Positions 31,301-39,472 of a DNA stretch of 64,000 bases are shown piece by piece. The position numbers were made by a program, and so were the translations under genes. Below the pieces are notes generated by a model. The model searched no databases. It was not told the origin of the DNA and saw nothing but the letters and a program-made list of their open reading frames with translations. This stretch comes from Candidatus Cloacimonadales bacterium (GTDB taxonomy: Bacteria > Cloacimonadota > Cloacimonadia > Cloacimonadales > JAIOQZ01): positions 2,176,001 through 2,240,000 of the forward strand of contig OY771587.1 in the NCBI GenBank assembly GCA_963674825.1. Reading direction: 5' to 3'. The stretch's first letter is position 1. Each line of letters starts with the position of its first letter.

Positions 31301-31624
31301 GGAATCGGAAAGTTGCTTGGCAAGCGCACCTGGGGTGGTGTGGTTGGAATCAACAGCCAATACTCGCTTGCTGATGGCGCTGTAACGACACAGCCCGAAT
31401 ATTCGTTCTGGTTTAAGGACGTCGGTTGGGGCGTGGAAAACTACGGTACCGACCCCGATATCGAGATCGATATCAAGCCGCAGGATTATGTCGCAGGAAA
31501 GGACCCGCAACTGGATGGCGCGATCGAACATTTATTGGACGAGATGAAGAAGAATCCAGTATTCCGTCCACAGCTCGACAAGCGTCCCGATCTGTCGTTA
31601 CCCAAGATTCCACCAAGAAAATAA
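28397..31624 (+). CDS. Tricorn protease homolog (S41B)
   Basis: N-terminal PD40 propellers, WKRYRGG, GELGTSH, PDZ, DVRYNGGG, AGSDGD (catalytic Ser), GKRTWGG, ENYGTDPD. Confidence 0.93.
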   Translation: MSQQGYYHYPDVRKNFIVFVSEDDIWRVPLRGGIARRLTANFSTVVKPKISPNGRHIVFTAYEEGHTELYLMDAKGGEPTRLTYFGAYLWPLGWTPDSKEILFVSNFNQAFESSIYKIGLKGGEPELVKVGYASDISNGEKGVVIGRHTRDAARWKRYRGGTAGEFWIDLEGNGDFKPFLKDISNKTNPMWIGDRIYFLSDHEGISNIYSVTPKGKDIKRHTDQREFFARNASTDGKNIVYQAGGDLFIYDIEADTETKLKIEYHSSRTQVQRKYVSASRYLQYFDLSKEGTHMVTVVRGKVQSFANWSGPVRRWGENWQARYRMPRWLNDGKRFVVVSDELDGEDRLLVVDTEKGKEKLLDKLNLGRIHGISTAPKGELIMVTNHRNEMIKVDVKAETADVLDCSDFVRIDLGSWSPDARWFSYSYFNTQQTALIRIIEVETGEIHDVSNPLRYDYDPAFSPDGRYLYFLGHREFIPIYDSVQFELSFMKSTKILCIPLQKETPSPFVPVPHGPGIPDTKSGKNGKNGKDKKDDELKVEIDFDGITERTVACPLAPGEYGILNVLDKKLIFEEAPRDGLPIDYSSNNDGKSRYMLKVYDLEKLQEDTILTGLDDYCISLDSKGMAVHMDGELIVLKPGDKPNTKAKNPYSVEGGKIDMNRIRTLISPYEEWHQMYREAWLLQREHFWTPNMSGVDWNLIYNRYLPLLERIGSRHEFSDIVWEMQGELGTSHCYEFGGDYRKVPRYYIGKLGCTYKLAPSGRYYLIDTIIRSGSNTANEASPLVQPGVNVEEGDQLLAINGMKVDRNRSPRECLLNLGGQEVTLTVRKPGERKTRDVVVKTMMNQNSLFYRAWVESNRRYVHEKSGGKVGYVHVPDMGTDGFSEFHRLFLTESRFDALLVDVRYNGGGHVSPLLLEKIKRTPNAWVATRWSKQPEAYPDCAVAGPKCALTNEYAGSDGDIFSHSFKMMGIGKLLGKRTWGGVVGINSQYSLADGAVTTQPEYSFWFKDVGWGVENYGTDPDIEIDIKPQDYVAGKDPQLDGAIEHLLDEMKKNPVFRPQLDKRPDLSLPKIPPRK

Positions 31625-31642
31625 ACTATACGGAGGAATACA

Positions 31643-32392
31643 ATGTATAAACTCGTACTTTTGCGTCATGGCGAAAGTGTATGGAACAAAGAGAACCGTT
31701 TCACCGGATGGACCGATGTCGATCTTTCGGAGAAGGGCCTAACCGAAGCACACGCTGCCGGTAAGCTGCTCCGCGAAGAGGGCTTTGCCTTCGATATCGC
31801 TTACACGTCGGTTCTCAAACGGGCGATTCGCACCCTGTGGATCACGCTGGACGAAATGGATCTGATGTGGATCCCGGTGATCCGCAACTGGCGGCTGAAC
31901 GAGCGTCATTATGGCGACTTGCAGGGCTACAACAAAGCCGAGATGGCTGCGAAGGTCGGTGACGACCAGGTGCTTGTCTGGCGGCGCAGCTACGATATTC
32001 CACCACCAGAGCTCACGCCGGACGATCCGCGTTACCCTGGTAAGGATCCGCGCTATGCAAGCCTTCCAGATCACGAGCTGCCTAAGACGGAGAGCCTCAA
32101 GCTTACGGTCGATCGTATGTTGCCATACTGGCACGAGGTGATCTCGAAATCGATCCTGGATGGTAAAAATGTGCTGGTCGCCGCGCACGGAAACAGCCTG
32201 CGCGCCCTGGTCAAGTACCTCGATAATATCCCGGATGACGAAATCGTGAAGCTCAATATCCCCACCGGAATTCCTTTGGTGTATGAGCTGGACGAAGACC
32301 TCAAACCAATCAAACATTATTATCTGGGTGACCAGGAAGCGATCAAAGCGGCTCAGCAGGCCGTTGCAAACCAGGGAAAAGCCAAGAAATAA
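31643..32392 (+). CDS. gpmA: 2,3-bisphosphoglycerate-dependent phosphoglycerate mutase
   Basis: [37 protein letters not shown]. Confidence 0.97.
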   Translation: MYKLVLLRHGESVWNKENRFTGWTDVDLSEKGLTEAHAAGKLLREEGFAFDIAYTSVLKRAIRTLWITLDEMDLMWIPVIRNWRLNERHYGDLQGYNKAEMAAKVGDDQVLVWRRSYDIPPPELTPDDPRYPGKDPRYASLPDHELPKTESLKLTVDRMLPYWHEVISKSILDGKNVLVAAHGNSLRALVKYLDNIPDDEIVKLNIPTGIPLVYELDEDLKPIKHYYLGDQEAIKAAQQAVANQGKAKK

Positions 32393-32412
32393 TTGAATTG
32401 CGAATAAACATT

Positions 32413-32440
32413 GGGCAGGCAGTTATGTCTGCCTTTTTTT
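32413..32440 (+). terminator. Rho-independent terminator
   Basis: GGGCAGGCA...TGTCTGCC plus T-run. Confidence 0.75.
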
Positions 32441-32652
32441 ATAGAGAAACCTCTGTTATGGATGGCATTCACCCGCATTTTCGCCCGATTGCTCCCTCTG
32501 CGTAGATATAGTACACCTTCCTGTCTACCGGACATGAGAAAAAAGGTGTACAACACTACGCTACCGGTCGCAATCAAACAAATCTGCTGGGTGAAGCATC
32601 CTTTTGCCAAGCTGGAGCTTGGCGCTCCAATCGGACGCTTGGGATTTGATTT

Positions 32653-33213
32653 CTACTTCACTATTTCGATCGCGACAAAATCGGTCTTGCGCCAGGCTGC
32701 GAGAAAATCTGGCATCTTGATGCGTTGTGGGTATGCTCTACCCGTATGCGCGATGATGGTGCTGGTCTGTGATGAATAGCCGATCACGAGGACGTAATGC
32801 TTGTCTGGTTTCTCGCCTGTAATCGCGCGAGCAATCGGCCCGAAAGGATTGGGATCATCGGTTTCGATCATGCAGATAAGCGGGATGCTAATGTCGATGT
32901 GGTGTAGAAGATCGTCTTTGGAACTGCGATAGATTCGGGAGTCAAAACCCCTGGATTTGGCGAAAGCGAGTATATCCAGAGTCAGCGTCCCTTCGATCGC
33001 GTCGCGATGTGTTGCAGCTTCGATGGAATCAGGATTGACGGCATCGCCATAGTAGTTCAAGAGCGATGCGAGCGTAGCCGGACCGCAATTGCTGCCTGTC
33101 TGCTCATAGACAGGTATGCCTGGAAGGAAAACCTCATCACCGCGAGGCTGGAATTTACCTGCGGAGCATGCAACGAGGATCGCTGTCAGCAGAACAGACA
33201 GCAGGTGTTTCAT
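32653..33213 (-). CDS. C39-like cysteine peptidase lipoprotein (PA2778-like)
   Basis: Lipobox LVAC; Q....CGPATLA (catalytic Cys); HYVLVIGY (His); F..AW. Confidence 0.8.
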   Translation of the reverse strand: MKHLLSVLLTAILVACSAGKFQPRGDEVFLPGIPVYEQTGSNCGPATLASLLNYYGDAVNPDSIEAATHRDAIEGTLTLDILAFAKSRGFDSRIYRSSKDDLLHHIDISIPLICMIETDDPNPFGPIARAITGEKPDKHYVLVIGYSSQTSTIIAHTGRAYPQRIKMPDFLAAWRKTDFVAIEIVK

Positions 33214-33551
33214 TCCGTGTCGGTTTCTTCAGCGAGCAGAAGCGTTGCCGCAACGGCTCCCGCGATAAGGCCGGCGATAATGAAAGTGACGACGAACTTC
33301 CCGCGCAATCCGGCGGAATCGATCAATCCCTGGTCTTGCGCCAGTTGGATGGCCTCTTCGTCGCTTAGCTTGCAGACCAGATCCTTTGCTTCATCAGCAG
33401 TCAGACCTTTCTCCAAAAGCGCTTCCTGCAATGCTTCACGTGCGTTGGTAACCGGTTGTGTATCTGCTTGTGAATTCGAGATACCATACAGTGAACCGCG
33501 CACCAGAAGCAGGAGCGTCAGGAAAATCAGGATGTGCGAGCGTCGGATCAT
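33210..33551 (-). CDS. Small secreted protein, PA2779-like, with C-terminal hydrophobic segment
   Basis: Signal peptide; GLTADEAKDLVCKLSDEEAIQLA...IDSAG followed by a TM-like tail; ATGA overlap with the peptidase. Confidence 0.7.
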   Translation of the reverse strand: MIRRSHILIFLTLLLLVRGSLYGISNSQADTQPVTNAREALQEALLEKGLTADEAKDLVCKLSDEEAIQLAQDQGLIDSAGLRGKFVVTFIIAGLIAGAVAATLLLAEETDTE

Positions 33552-33886
33552 CAGCTATTCGCGTCCACGATAAGCCAGGCGATGATGCCAAGAGTCAGGG
33601 TCCAGACCGCGACCTGCGTCCACATTCTCTTGCTTCTGCGGCTGCCGGCGCTGTCGATCTGTCCCAGATCGGAAGCTATGACGCTCAGTTGGCTGTCGTC
33701 GATGCTTTCGAGAAGCTGCGTGATCTCTTCGTCGGTAAGCTGTTTATCTTCCAGCGCGCCGCGTACAACCATTTCGTTCTGGGTGCGCTCAAGTGTTTTC
33801 GGGCCTTCGACCTTCGACGGCTCGGCAAAGACCATTCCCGTCGCAAGGAGCATGATGATCAGTAGTGCAATGGTAAGTCGCTTCAT
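33551..33886 (-). CDS. Small secreted protein, PA2779-like paralog
   Basis: Signal peptide; LTDEEITQLLESIDDSQLSVIA...IDSAG followed by a TM-like tail; TGATG overlap. Confidence 0.7.
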   Translation of the reverse strand: MKRLTIALLIIMLLATGMVFAEPSKVEGPKTLERTQNEMVVRGALEDKQLTDEEITQLLESIDDSQLSVIASDLGQIDSAGSRRSKRMWTQVAVWTLTLGIIAWLIVDANS

Positions 33887-33948
33887 ATTGCTCTCCAGTA
33901 ATTTTTCACGAAAATCGGCGTGCGAACGTTATTTGTCCAGCGATTTTT

Positions 33949-34809
33949 CTACCACTCGTAATCGGGATCGTACATGATGTCGCCGTAGCCCCATTGAGAT
34001 TGATTTCCATTTGTATCGAGGATACGGTAGAAGATACGGTAGAGACCGGGAACAAGTGAATAATCTCCCGCATTGAACTCGATCGATGATTTCCCCGAGA
34101 GAACATCATCTGATAAAACTAAGAAATCATCTCCGGTGGCATTGTAAAGAACTACGTCGGCAGTGAATCCTTGCTTGATATTGTATAGAAATTCTCCCTT
34201 TCCATCGAATGGATTTGCGAAAAATCTAAATGCGTTTGTGTCGAGATCCGACAGATTCTCCGGACTGACTATAATTGACAGTGGGCCAGCAACGTGGACT
34301 ACATCATTGTTGCGAACCATTTTAACAAAATAGAAGGACGTGGCATCAACGTATGGATAATAGTCATAATACTTATAATCCATGTGGTTCGGAGTATTCG
34401 TCGCTGGGATAATCTCAAGATTAACATTCTCTGTTATAATATAATCAGGGTCTATACTTCTGAGACAGTAAAATCCCATGACATCTGTTTCAGTTTCTGT
34501 TGTCCATTCGATGCAAACGATTTCGAAACCGATGTCGGTAACTTTCAGTGAGGGAATCCAGTAATCGTTGAGTGTGTTTTTCGAAGTTCGATACGAATAG
34601 ACTTGCCAGTCGCGCGTATCGACGTCTCCGATCTCACCTTCATCCGAAATAATCGTGTATCCATCGAAATCACCTGCAAATACTTCATAGTCCAGTCCAT
34701 TGATTGCGAACCATTCACTGCCAGATTCCGTACTGGAATCACAACCGGTGAACAGCAATGCAACCGCGAAGAATGTCACAATAATTATTAGGCTTGAAAT
34801 CTTGTTCAA
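33949..34809 (-). CDS. Hypothetical lipoprotein with Ig/FN3-like modules
   Basis: Lipobox FTGC; probable TTG start at 34809 after AAGGAAGG (track start 34860). Confidence 0.6.
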   Translation of the reverse strand: MNKISSLIIIVTFFAVALLFTGCDSSTESGSEWFAINGLDYEVFAGDFDGYTIISDEGEIGDVDTRDWQVYSYRTSKNTLNDYWIPSLKVTDIGFEIVCIEWTTETETDVMGFYCLRSIDPDYIITENVNLEIIPATNTPNHMDYKYYDYYPYVDATSFYFVKMVRNNDVVHVAGPLSIIVSPENLSDLDTNAFRFFANPFDGKGEFLYNIKQGFTADVVLYNATGDDFLVLSDDVLSGKSSIEFNAGDYSLVPGLYRIFYRILDTNGNQSQWGYGDIMYDPDYEW

Positions 34810-35078
34810 TTTCCCTTCCTTTTTGGCACAAAAACGTGAATACGATTTCAGTTTCGTCAATCAGTTTTTCGATGTTGGGGATATCAAAGTGATATGAATG
34901 TACGTGGAATGATATGAAAGCAACGTCACTGTTCGATAGAAAGAATTGCGGATGGGAGTGCTCGCGTTACTCGTGTATGCATTAGCTCGGAAAAGTGATG
35001 GCTTTCAGCACGTTAGAATTTTCTGGCACAAAAAGTGTAACCATGGACAAGTAAATCCATTTTATGGTGTGAAAGCGT

Positions 35079-35627
35079 ATGAAACTGGAAGAAGAAATCA
35101 TCAGGGATGCCCGAAAGGACATTAAGTGCTTCGATGCACTGTACAGCGAATATTATCCGCTCATTGACCGGTTTGTATTCCATAGAGTGAGTGATACCCA
35201 GACCCGGCACGAGATCGTGTCGGACGTGTTTTACACTGCAATGAACAAGCTGAGTATGTTCCGCTGGTTTGGTAAGGGATCGTTCCAGGCCTGGCTGATA
35301 CGGATTGCCATGAACGAAGTGAATGGCTACTATCGGAGGTCGAAGCGGAACACAAGAATCAGGGAGAAGCTGCAATGGGAGTCGGACGTCCACATGGGGG
35401 ATATGGAGGACGAGAACGACAATTTTGATTACGGCGTGATCCGCAGCGCCATGCAGCAGCTTCCGCTGAAGGACCAGAACCTTCTGAGCCTTCGATTCTT
35501 CAACAAGATGAAGCATAAAGAGATTGCGGAAGTTTTCAAAACGACAGAAGGAGCTATCAAGGTTAGGCAGCATCGCGCACTGACCAGGCTCCGGGAGATT
35601 GTCGAGGGGGATAACAATGGATTTTGA
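35079..35627 (+). CDS. ECF RNA polymerase sigma factor
   Basis: Region 2 (EIVSDVF, FQAWLIRIAMN) and region 4 (LSLRFF...EIAEVF...IKVRQHRALTRL). Confidence 0.9.
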   Translation: MKLEEEIIRDARKDIKCFDALYSEYYPLIDRFVFHRVSDTQTRHEIVSDVFYTAMNKLSMFRWFGKGSFQAWLIRIAMNEVNGYYRRSKRNTRIREKLQWESDVHMGDMEDENDNFDYGVIRSAMQQLPLKDQNLLSLRFFNKMKHKEIAEVFKTTEGAIKVRQHRALTRLREIVEGDNNGF

Positions 35628-36084
35628 AAGCAGACTGAACCATATGAACGTGCCAGGTCCAGAAAACGACGGGCACGAGACCAGATTGCGAACCGCTCTG
35701 AAAGAACGTTACTTTGGAGCCGAGAAAAAATACCAATACCGTTTTCGCCTATCGGTGGGATTTGCCTCAGTGCTTCTTGTGATACTGTTCGTTTTTATCT
35801 GGAATCCCGAGCTTGCCATTCGGGCCAACCAGATCGCCTTCCAGGGTGACGTTACGGAGCGGTTCGATCCCTCTTCCGAGATTGCGGACGAAGAATTCGT
35901 CGATTACACCTCGCTGTACAATCCGGAGATTTATCCGATGTTTCACAACGAGGAATACGAAGAGGAAAAAGCATACGTGATACGGAAATACAATTCGCCT
36001 GCGAAAGGCGAGCTGATGATCGTTTCCGAATTTGACCCGGTTGAGACGCTACCTGTCGGGAAAAACCTTCCCGGCAGTATATAG
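35617..36084 (+). CDS. Putative single-pass anti-sigma factor
   Basis: Overlaps the sigma gene end; short N-terminal helix (HETRLRTAL), one TM, acidic ectodomain. Confidence 0.65.
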   Translation: MDFESRLNHMNVPGPENDGHETRLRTALKERYFGAEKKYQYRFRLSVGFASVLLVILFVFIWNPELAIRANQIAFQGDVTERFDPSSEIADEEFVDYTSLYNPEIYPMFHNEEYEEEKAYVIRKYNSPAKGELMIVSEFDPVETLPVGKNLPGSI

Positions 36085-36111
36085 AACGATATTTTGTACA
36101 GGAGGTTAAAA

Positions 36112-37365
36112 ATGAAAAGATTCATGCTGTTACTGCTGATCCTTGCGATTGCGGGATTTGCATCACTTTCTGCGAAGCCCTTCATGGGGGTTTTCACCAG
36201 TACACTCGATGACGACGATTACGAGGACCTCGGCCTCAAAGATTACTACGGTATCCTTATCGAAGAGGTCATCGATGATACTCCCGCTGACAAAGCCGGA
36301 TTTGAAGACGGCGATGTTCTGCTCAAGATCGAAGGTGACAAGATCTACACCAGCGACCAGCTGACCAAGATGCTTTCGTCAATGGATCCCGGCAAGAAGG
36401 TCAAATGCACGGTTCTGCGTGACAAGAAAGAAATGACACTCAAGCTCGAAATCGGTGAACGCAGCGATTATACCGCCAAGAAACCCTTTATCGGAATCAA
36501 TATGAGCAACCTTAAGGCTTCTACACTCGAGAAGAAGGGTGTGACTGAAGGCTACGGCATTCTGCTCACCGGTATTGTGGACGATTCGGCTGCTGACAAG
36601 GCCGGACTGAAGAAAGGCGACGTGCTGCTTCAAATCGGTGACGACAAGATTTATACAACGGATCAACTCGGTAAGATCGTCGATCGGATGAAGATTGGCC
36701 AGAAGTCAAAGTTTGTCGTTTCGCGTGAAGGCGAACGCAAGACGGTTGATGTAACCATTGGAGAAAAAGAGCTTGGATTCAGCCGCAAGAACTCGTGGTT
36801 CAATAATATTCCTAATTCGATCAAGATCATCAAGGACATGAAGAAACACCCCAACGCGATTGGGTTCACGCTCAAATCGATCAATGCAGGCAAAGAAAAC
36901 AAGGGAAACCAGAAGGTTGTTATCAGCCGTATCGAGAAGGATTCACCTGCAGACAAGATCGGACTCAAGGTAGATGACGAGATCATCATGGTAGAAGGAA
37001 AAAGCGTCAGCGAAATCGACGATATCTTCGATATCATCGACGACAAGAAGGTTGGGGACAAGATCGAAGTGAAAGTCCTTCGCGATGGCAAGGAACAGAC
37101 CTTCAAGCCCGAATTGATGAAGCGTTCGGATATCTACGACGAAGAAATCAATATCCTCTACAATGACGGTGAACTTGTCATCGAAAAAAATGGTGAGCGG
37201 CTTGAACTCAACAGTGAAGAATACCTCAAGCAAATCCAAGGTCTTCAGGGCCTTGAGCAGCTAGAAAAGCTTGAAAAACTCGAGAAGCTTCAAGAACTTG
37301 AAGATCTGGACATCGACTTCGATTTCGACTTCGATTTCGATGTGGCAGGCTCAGGGGAAATCTGA
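36112..37365 (+). CDS. Secreted triple-PDZ-domain protein without a protease domain
   Basis: Signal peptide; three (P/A)ADK.G...D units; low-complexity LEKLEKLEK/DFDFDFDFD tail; AGGAGGT RBS. Confidence 0.85.
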   Translation: MKRFMLLLLILAIAGFASLSAKPFMGVFTSTLDDDDYEDLGLKDYYGILIEEVIDDTPADKAGFEDGDVLLKIEGDKIYTSDQLTKMLSSMDPGKKVKCTVLRDKKEMTLKLEIGERSDYTAKKPFIGINMSNLKASTLEKKGVTEGYGILLTGIVDDSAADKAGLKKGDVLLQIGDDKIYTTDQLGKIVDRMKIGQKSKFVVSREGERKTVDVTIGEKELGFSRKNSWFNNIPNSIKIIKDMKKHPNAIGFTLKSINAGKENKGNQKVVISRIEKDSPADKIGLKVDDEIIMVEGKSVSEIDDIFDIIDDKKVGDKIEVKVLRDGKEQTFKPELMKRSDIYDEEINILYNDGELVIEKNGERLELNSEEYLKQIQGLQGLEQLEKLEKLEKLQELEDLDIDFDFDFDFDVAGSGEI

Positions 37366-37427
37366 TCTAAAAAAATCCGTCTCGCATTGACGGATCAATA
37401 AATCCTCCCTCTCCTAATGCATATCCT

Positions 37428-37500
37428 ACAAATTAGCCGGCTCCCCGCCGGCTTTTTTGCATCCCCTCAAACAAATTAGCCGGCTCCCCGCCGGTTTTTT
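37428..37500 (+). repeat. Tandem duplicated terminator hairpin
   Basis: Exact 24-nt repeat ACAAATTAGCCGGCTCCCCGCCGG at 37428 and 37471, each followed by a T-run. Confidence 0.85.
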
Positions 37501-37987
37501 ATTCTACTCTGATTCCGATTTCCATCACGCCCGATCGTATCGCGATGTCTGTTCCGATACCATCCAGCTTCTTTTTTGCTTCGGCAGGCATGTCGCTGAT
37601 GGAACGAATCCACCGGTCGGTGAGGTTGAGCGACAGCACGCCGTTGTTCATCTGCATATCCAGGCCGAACCGGCCGATCAGGTACGATATCGCCTTCTGG
37701 ATGATCATGTTGACGTTCAGGATTCTGGCCTTTATCACCATCCTGCGACTGCTAACCTCGATTGCCTCGACCGCGATCTGAGGCTTGATCTCGATCTGCC
37801 CGACGATCGGCGCTTTCATCGACGCGGACAGCTCAAGATAGCCGTCTCGGGATACGATGGACGATACGGGGATGTCTATATCCCGCTTGTATGCCTGCAA
37901 TAGACGGGCGAGTTGCGCGTCGGTCAGCTTCAGGGTGAAATGCCCGGACAGCCCGGGTAGCAAGTTCATCAATGTTTCGCGATCCAT
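37499..37987 (-). CDS. Hypothetical protein
   Basis: AGGAGA RBS before ATG 37987; about 162 aa with amphipathic beta strands; no recognised motif. Confidence 0.6.
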   Translation of the reverse strand: MDRETLMNLLPGLSGHFTLKLTDAQLARLLQAYKRDIDIPVSSIVSRDGYLELSASMKAPIVGQIEIKPQIAVEAIEVSSRRMVIKARILNVNMIIQKAISYLIGRFGLDMQMNNGVLSLNLTDRWIRSISDMPAEAKKKLDGIGTDIAIRSGVMEIGIRVE

Positions 37988-38119
37988 ATTGGTTCTCCTC
38001 TGAGTCCAGAAGCAATCTTTCGCGCGGCGCGTCAAATTTCTTCTGATTTTTTCAGAAACTTCCGAACCATTTTGACAGAATTCTGTTTATCTGGCGGATA
38101 TTGTTTCGAAGGAGAGATT

Positions 38120-39343
38120 ATGAAACCCAAGCGCGAAGAAGAATGGCAACAGGACATCGTTGAGATCATTCCGAGGTTGAGGAACTGGATCCACCGCTAC
38201 ACCGGGAACAAAGAGGACACTGACGAAGTCTTGCAGCAAACACTCATCAAAGCCTTGCAAAGCCTGGTCGACTTCAGCGAGCCGTTCAACCTTCAATCGT
38301 GGCTGATGACCATCGCACGCAACCAGAGCTTCGACTATCTGAAGGAGCGCGGAAGGTTGGTTTACACCAGCTCGTTTGTCCTTGAACGGAATTTCAACGT
38401 AGATGAGATGAACGATCCGGCAGTGGTCGAATCGATGGGGAATCTACCTTTAAGAGATCAATATCTTCTTTTCATGAAATACTTTACGCATCAGAAGGTT
38501 TCGGAGATCAGCAAGCTTTTAAAGATTCCCGAAGGCTCGATCAAACGGCAATTGCACGATGCACGAAACCGATTGAAAAAGGAGATAACCATGCCACAGA
38601 AAGGTAAGTATATTGCACCTGAAATCAAGATAGAAACGGTGAATAATCCACCGGAAAGAATGGTTCAGCGCACCGGCTACGGCCTCTTCATGGGTTCACC
38701 TGTGAAAGGCATTGGTGACGTTGAGAAGATAGCAGGTTACGAACATCCCGGAAGAATTCATGTATTTGAAGCAGACAGCATCGTGACGCGACAAGCTGAA
38801 ATTCTCGGAAAGCAGGTGTGGGAAGTACACAACACGTACGACAAACGAGAAGGAGAAGCCGAACGATTTCTATACTATACGATAGAAGACGACACGATCG
38901 CAATGCCGTTTCGGGTGTTCCATTTCGGCGATCCTGACAAGATCAGAATCGATATCGATCAGAATGAACTGGTACAGCCGATGAATCTTACGATAACAGC
39001 GCCATCAACCGAGATCAGCGAGAAGGAAATTATTGAACGCGATATTGTCAATCTCACTATCGGAGAAAAAGTGTATGAAAATTGCATTCGCGTTCGAACC
39101 AGTGAGGACGACTTCCATGGCCGGAATTACACCGAGAGTTTCATCGACACGGAAGGTCGTGAGGTTCTGCACAAGACGTACATCTCCGAGGGCTGGAAGA
39201 TGGGTGGATTTGTTACCTGGGAGAAATGGAAGGATGCTCCTGAACTCGAATTCCATGGCGAGAAATTCCGCCTGTGGTTCGAGTTTGTGCTCCTCGGCAC
39301 CCGTAAGGCAACCGAAGAGGAGCTACCACGAAAACGCGGTTGA
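38120..39343 (+). CDS. ECF sigma factor with ~250-aa C-terminal extension
   Basis: DTDEVLQQT, WLMTIARN, EISKLLKIPEGSIKRQLHDARNRL, then a long soluble extension; AAGGAG RBS. Confidence 0.85.
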   Translation: MKPKREEEWQQDIVEIIPRLRNWIHRYTGNKEDTDEVLQQTLIKALQSLVDFSEPFNLQSWLMTIARNQSFDYLKERGRLVYTSSFVLERNFNVDEMNDPAVVESMGNLPLRDQYLLFMKYFTHQKVSEISKLLKIPEGSIKRQLHDARNRLKKEITMPQKGKYIAPEIKIETVNNPPERMVQRTGYGLFMGSPVKGIGDVEKIAGYEHPGRIHVFEADSIVTRQAEILGKQVWEVHNTYDKREGEAERFLYYTIEDDTIAMPFRVFHFGDPDKIRIDIDQNELVQPMNLTITAPSTEISEKEIIERDIVNLTIGEKVYENCIRVRTSEDDFHGRNYTESFIDTEGREVLHKTYISEGWKMGGFVTWEKWKDAPELEFHGEKFRLWFEFVLLGTRKATEEELPRKRG

Positions 39344-39361
39344 AATAGGTTTTTTTATTCT

Positions 39362-39430
39362 GTAGGGGCAGGTCACTGTGCCTGCCCTCCTTAAGACAGA
39401 AAAAAGGCAACCACAGTGGGTTGCCCCTAC
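39362..39430. repeat. Inverted pair of GTAG-type REP hairpins (REPIN-like)
   Basis: GTAGGGGCAGGTCACTGTGCCTGCCC...AGGCAACCACAGTGGGTTGCCCCTAC; 9-bp terminal inverted repeats; each half is a hairpin. Confidence 0.8.
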
Positions 39431-39472
39431 GGGTGAACAAAGGTCATTGCTGGATAGTGGTATATTATTAGG

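Noticed and set aside
35036..35062. TGTAAC-type ECF autoregulatory promoter
   Set aside because: The -10 element is unconvincing and there is only one instance.
37428..37500. Two 24-nt direct repeats as a mini CRISPR array
   Set aside because: Only two copies, a 19-nt spacer, each copy is a terminator-like hairpin with a T-run, and no cas genes are present.
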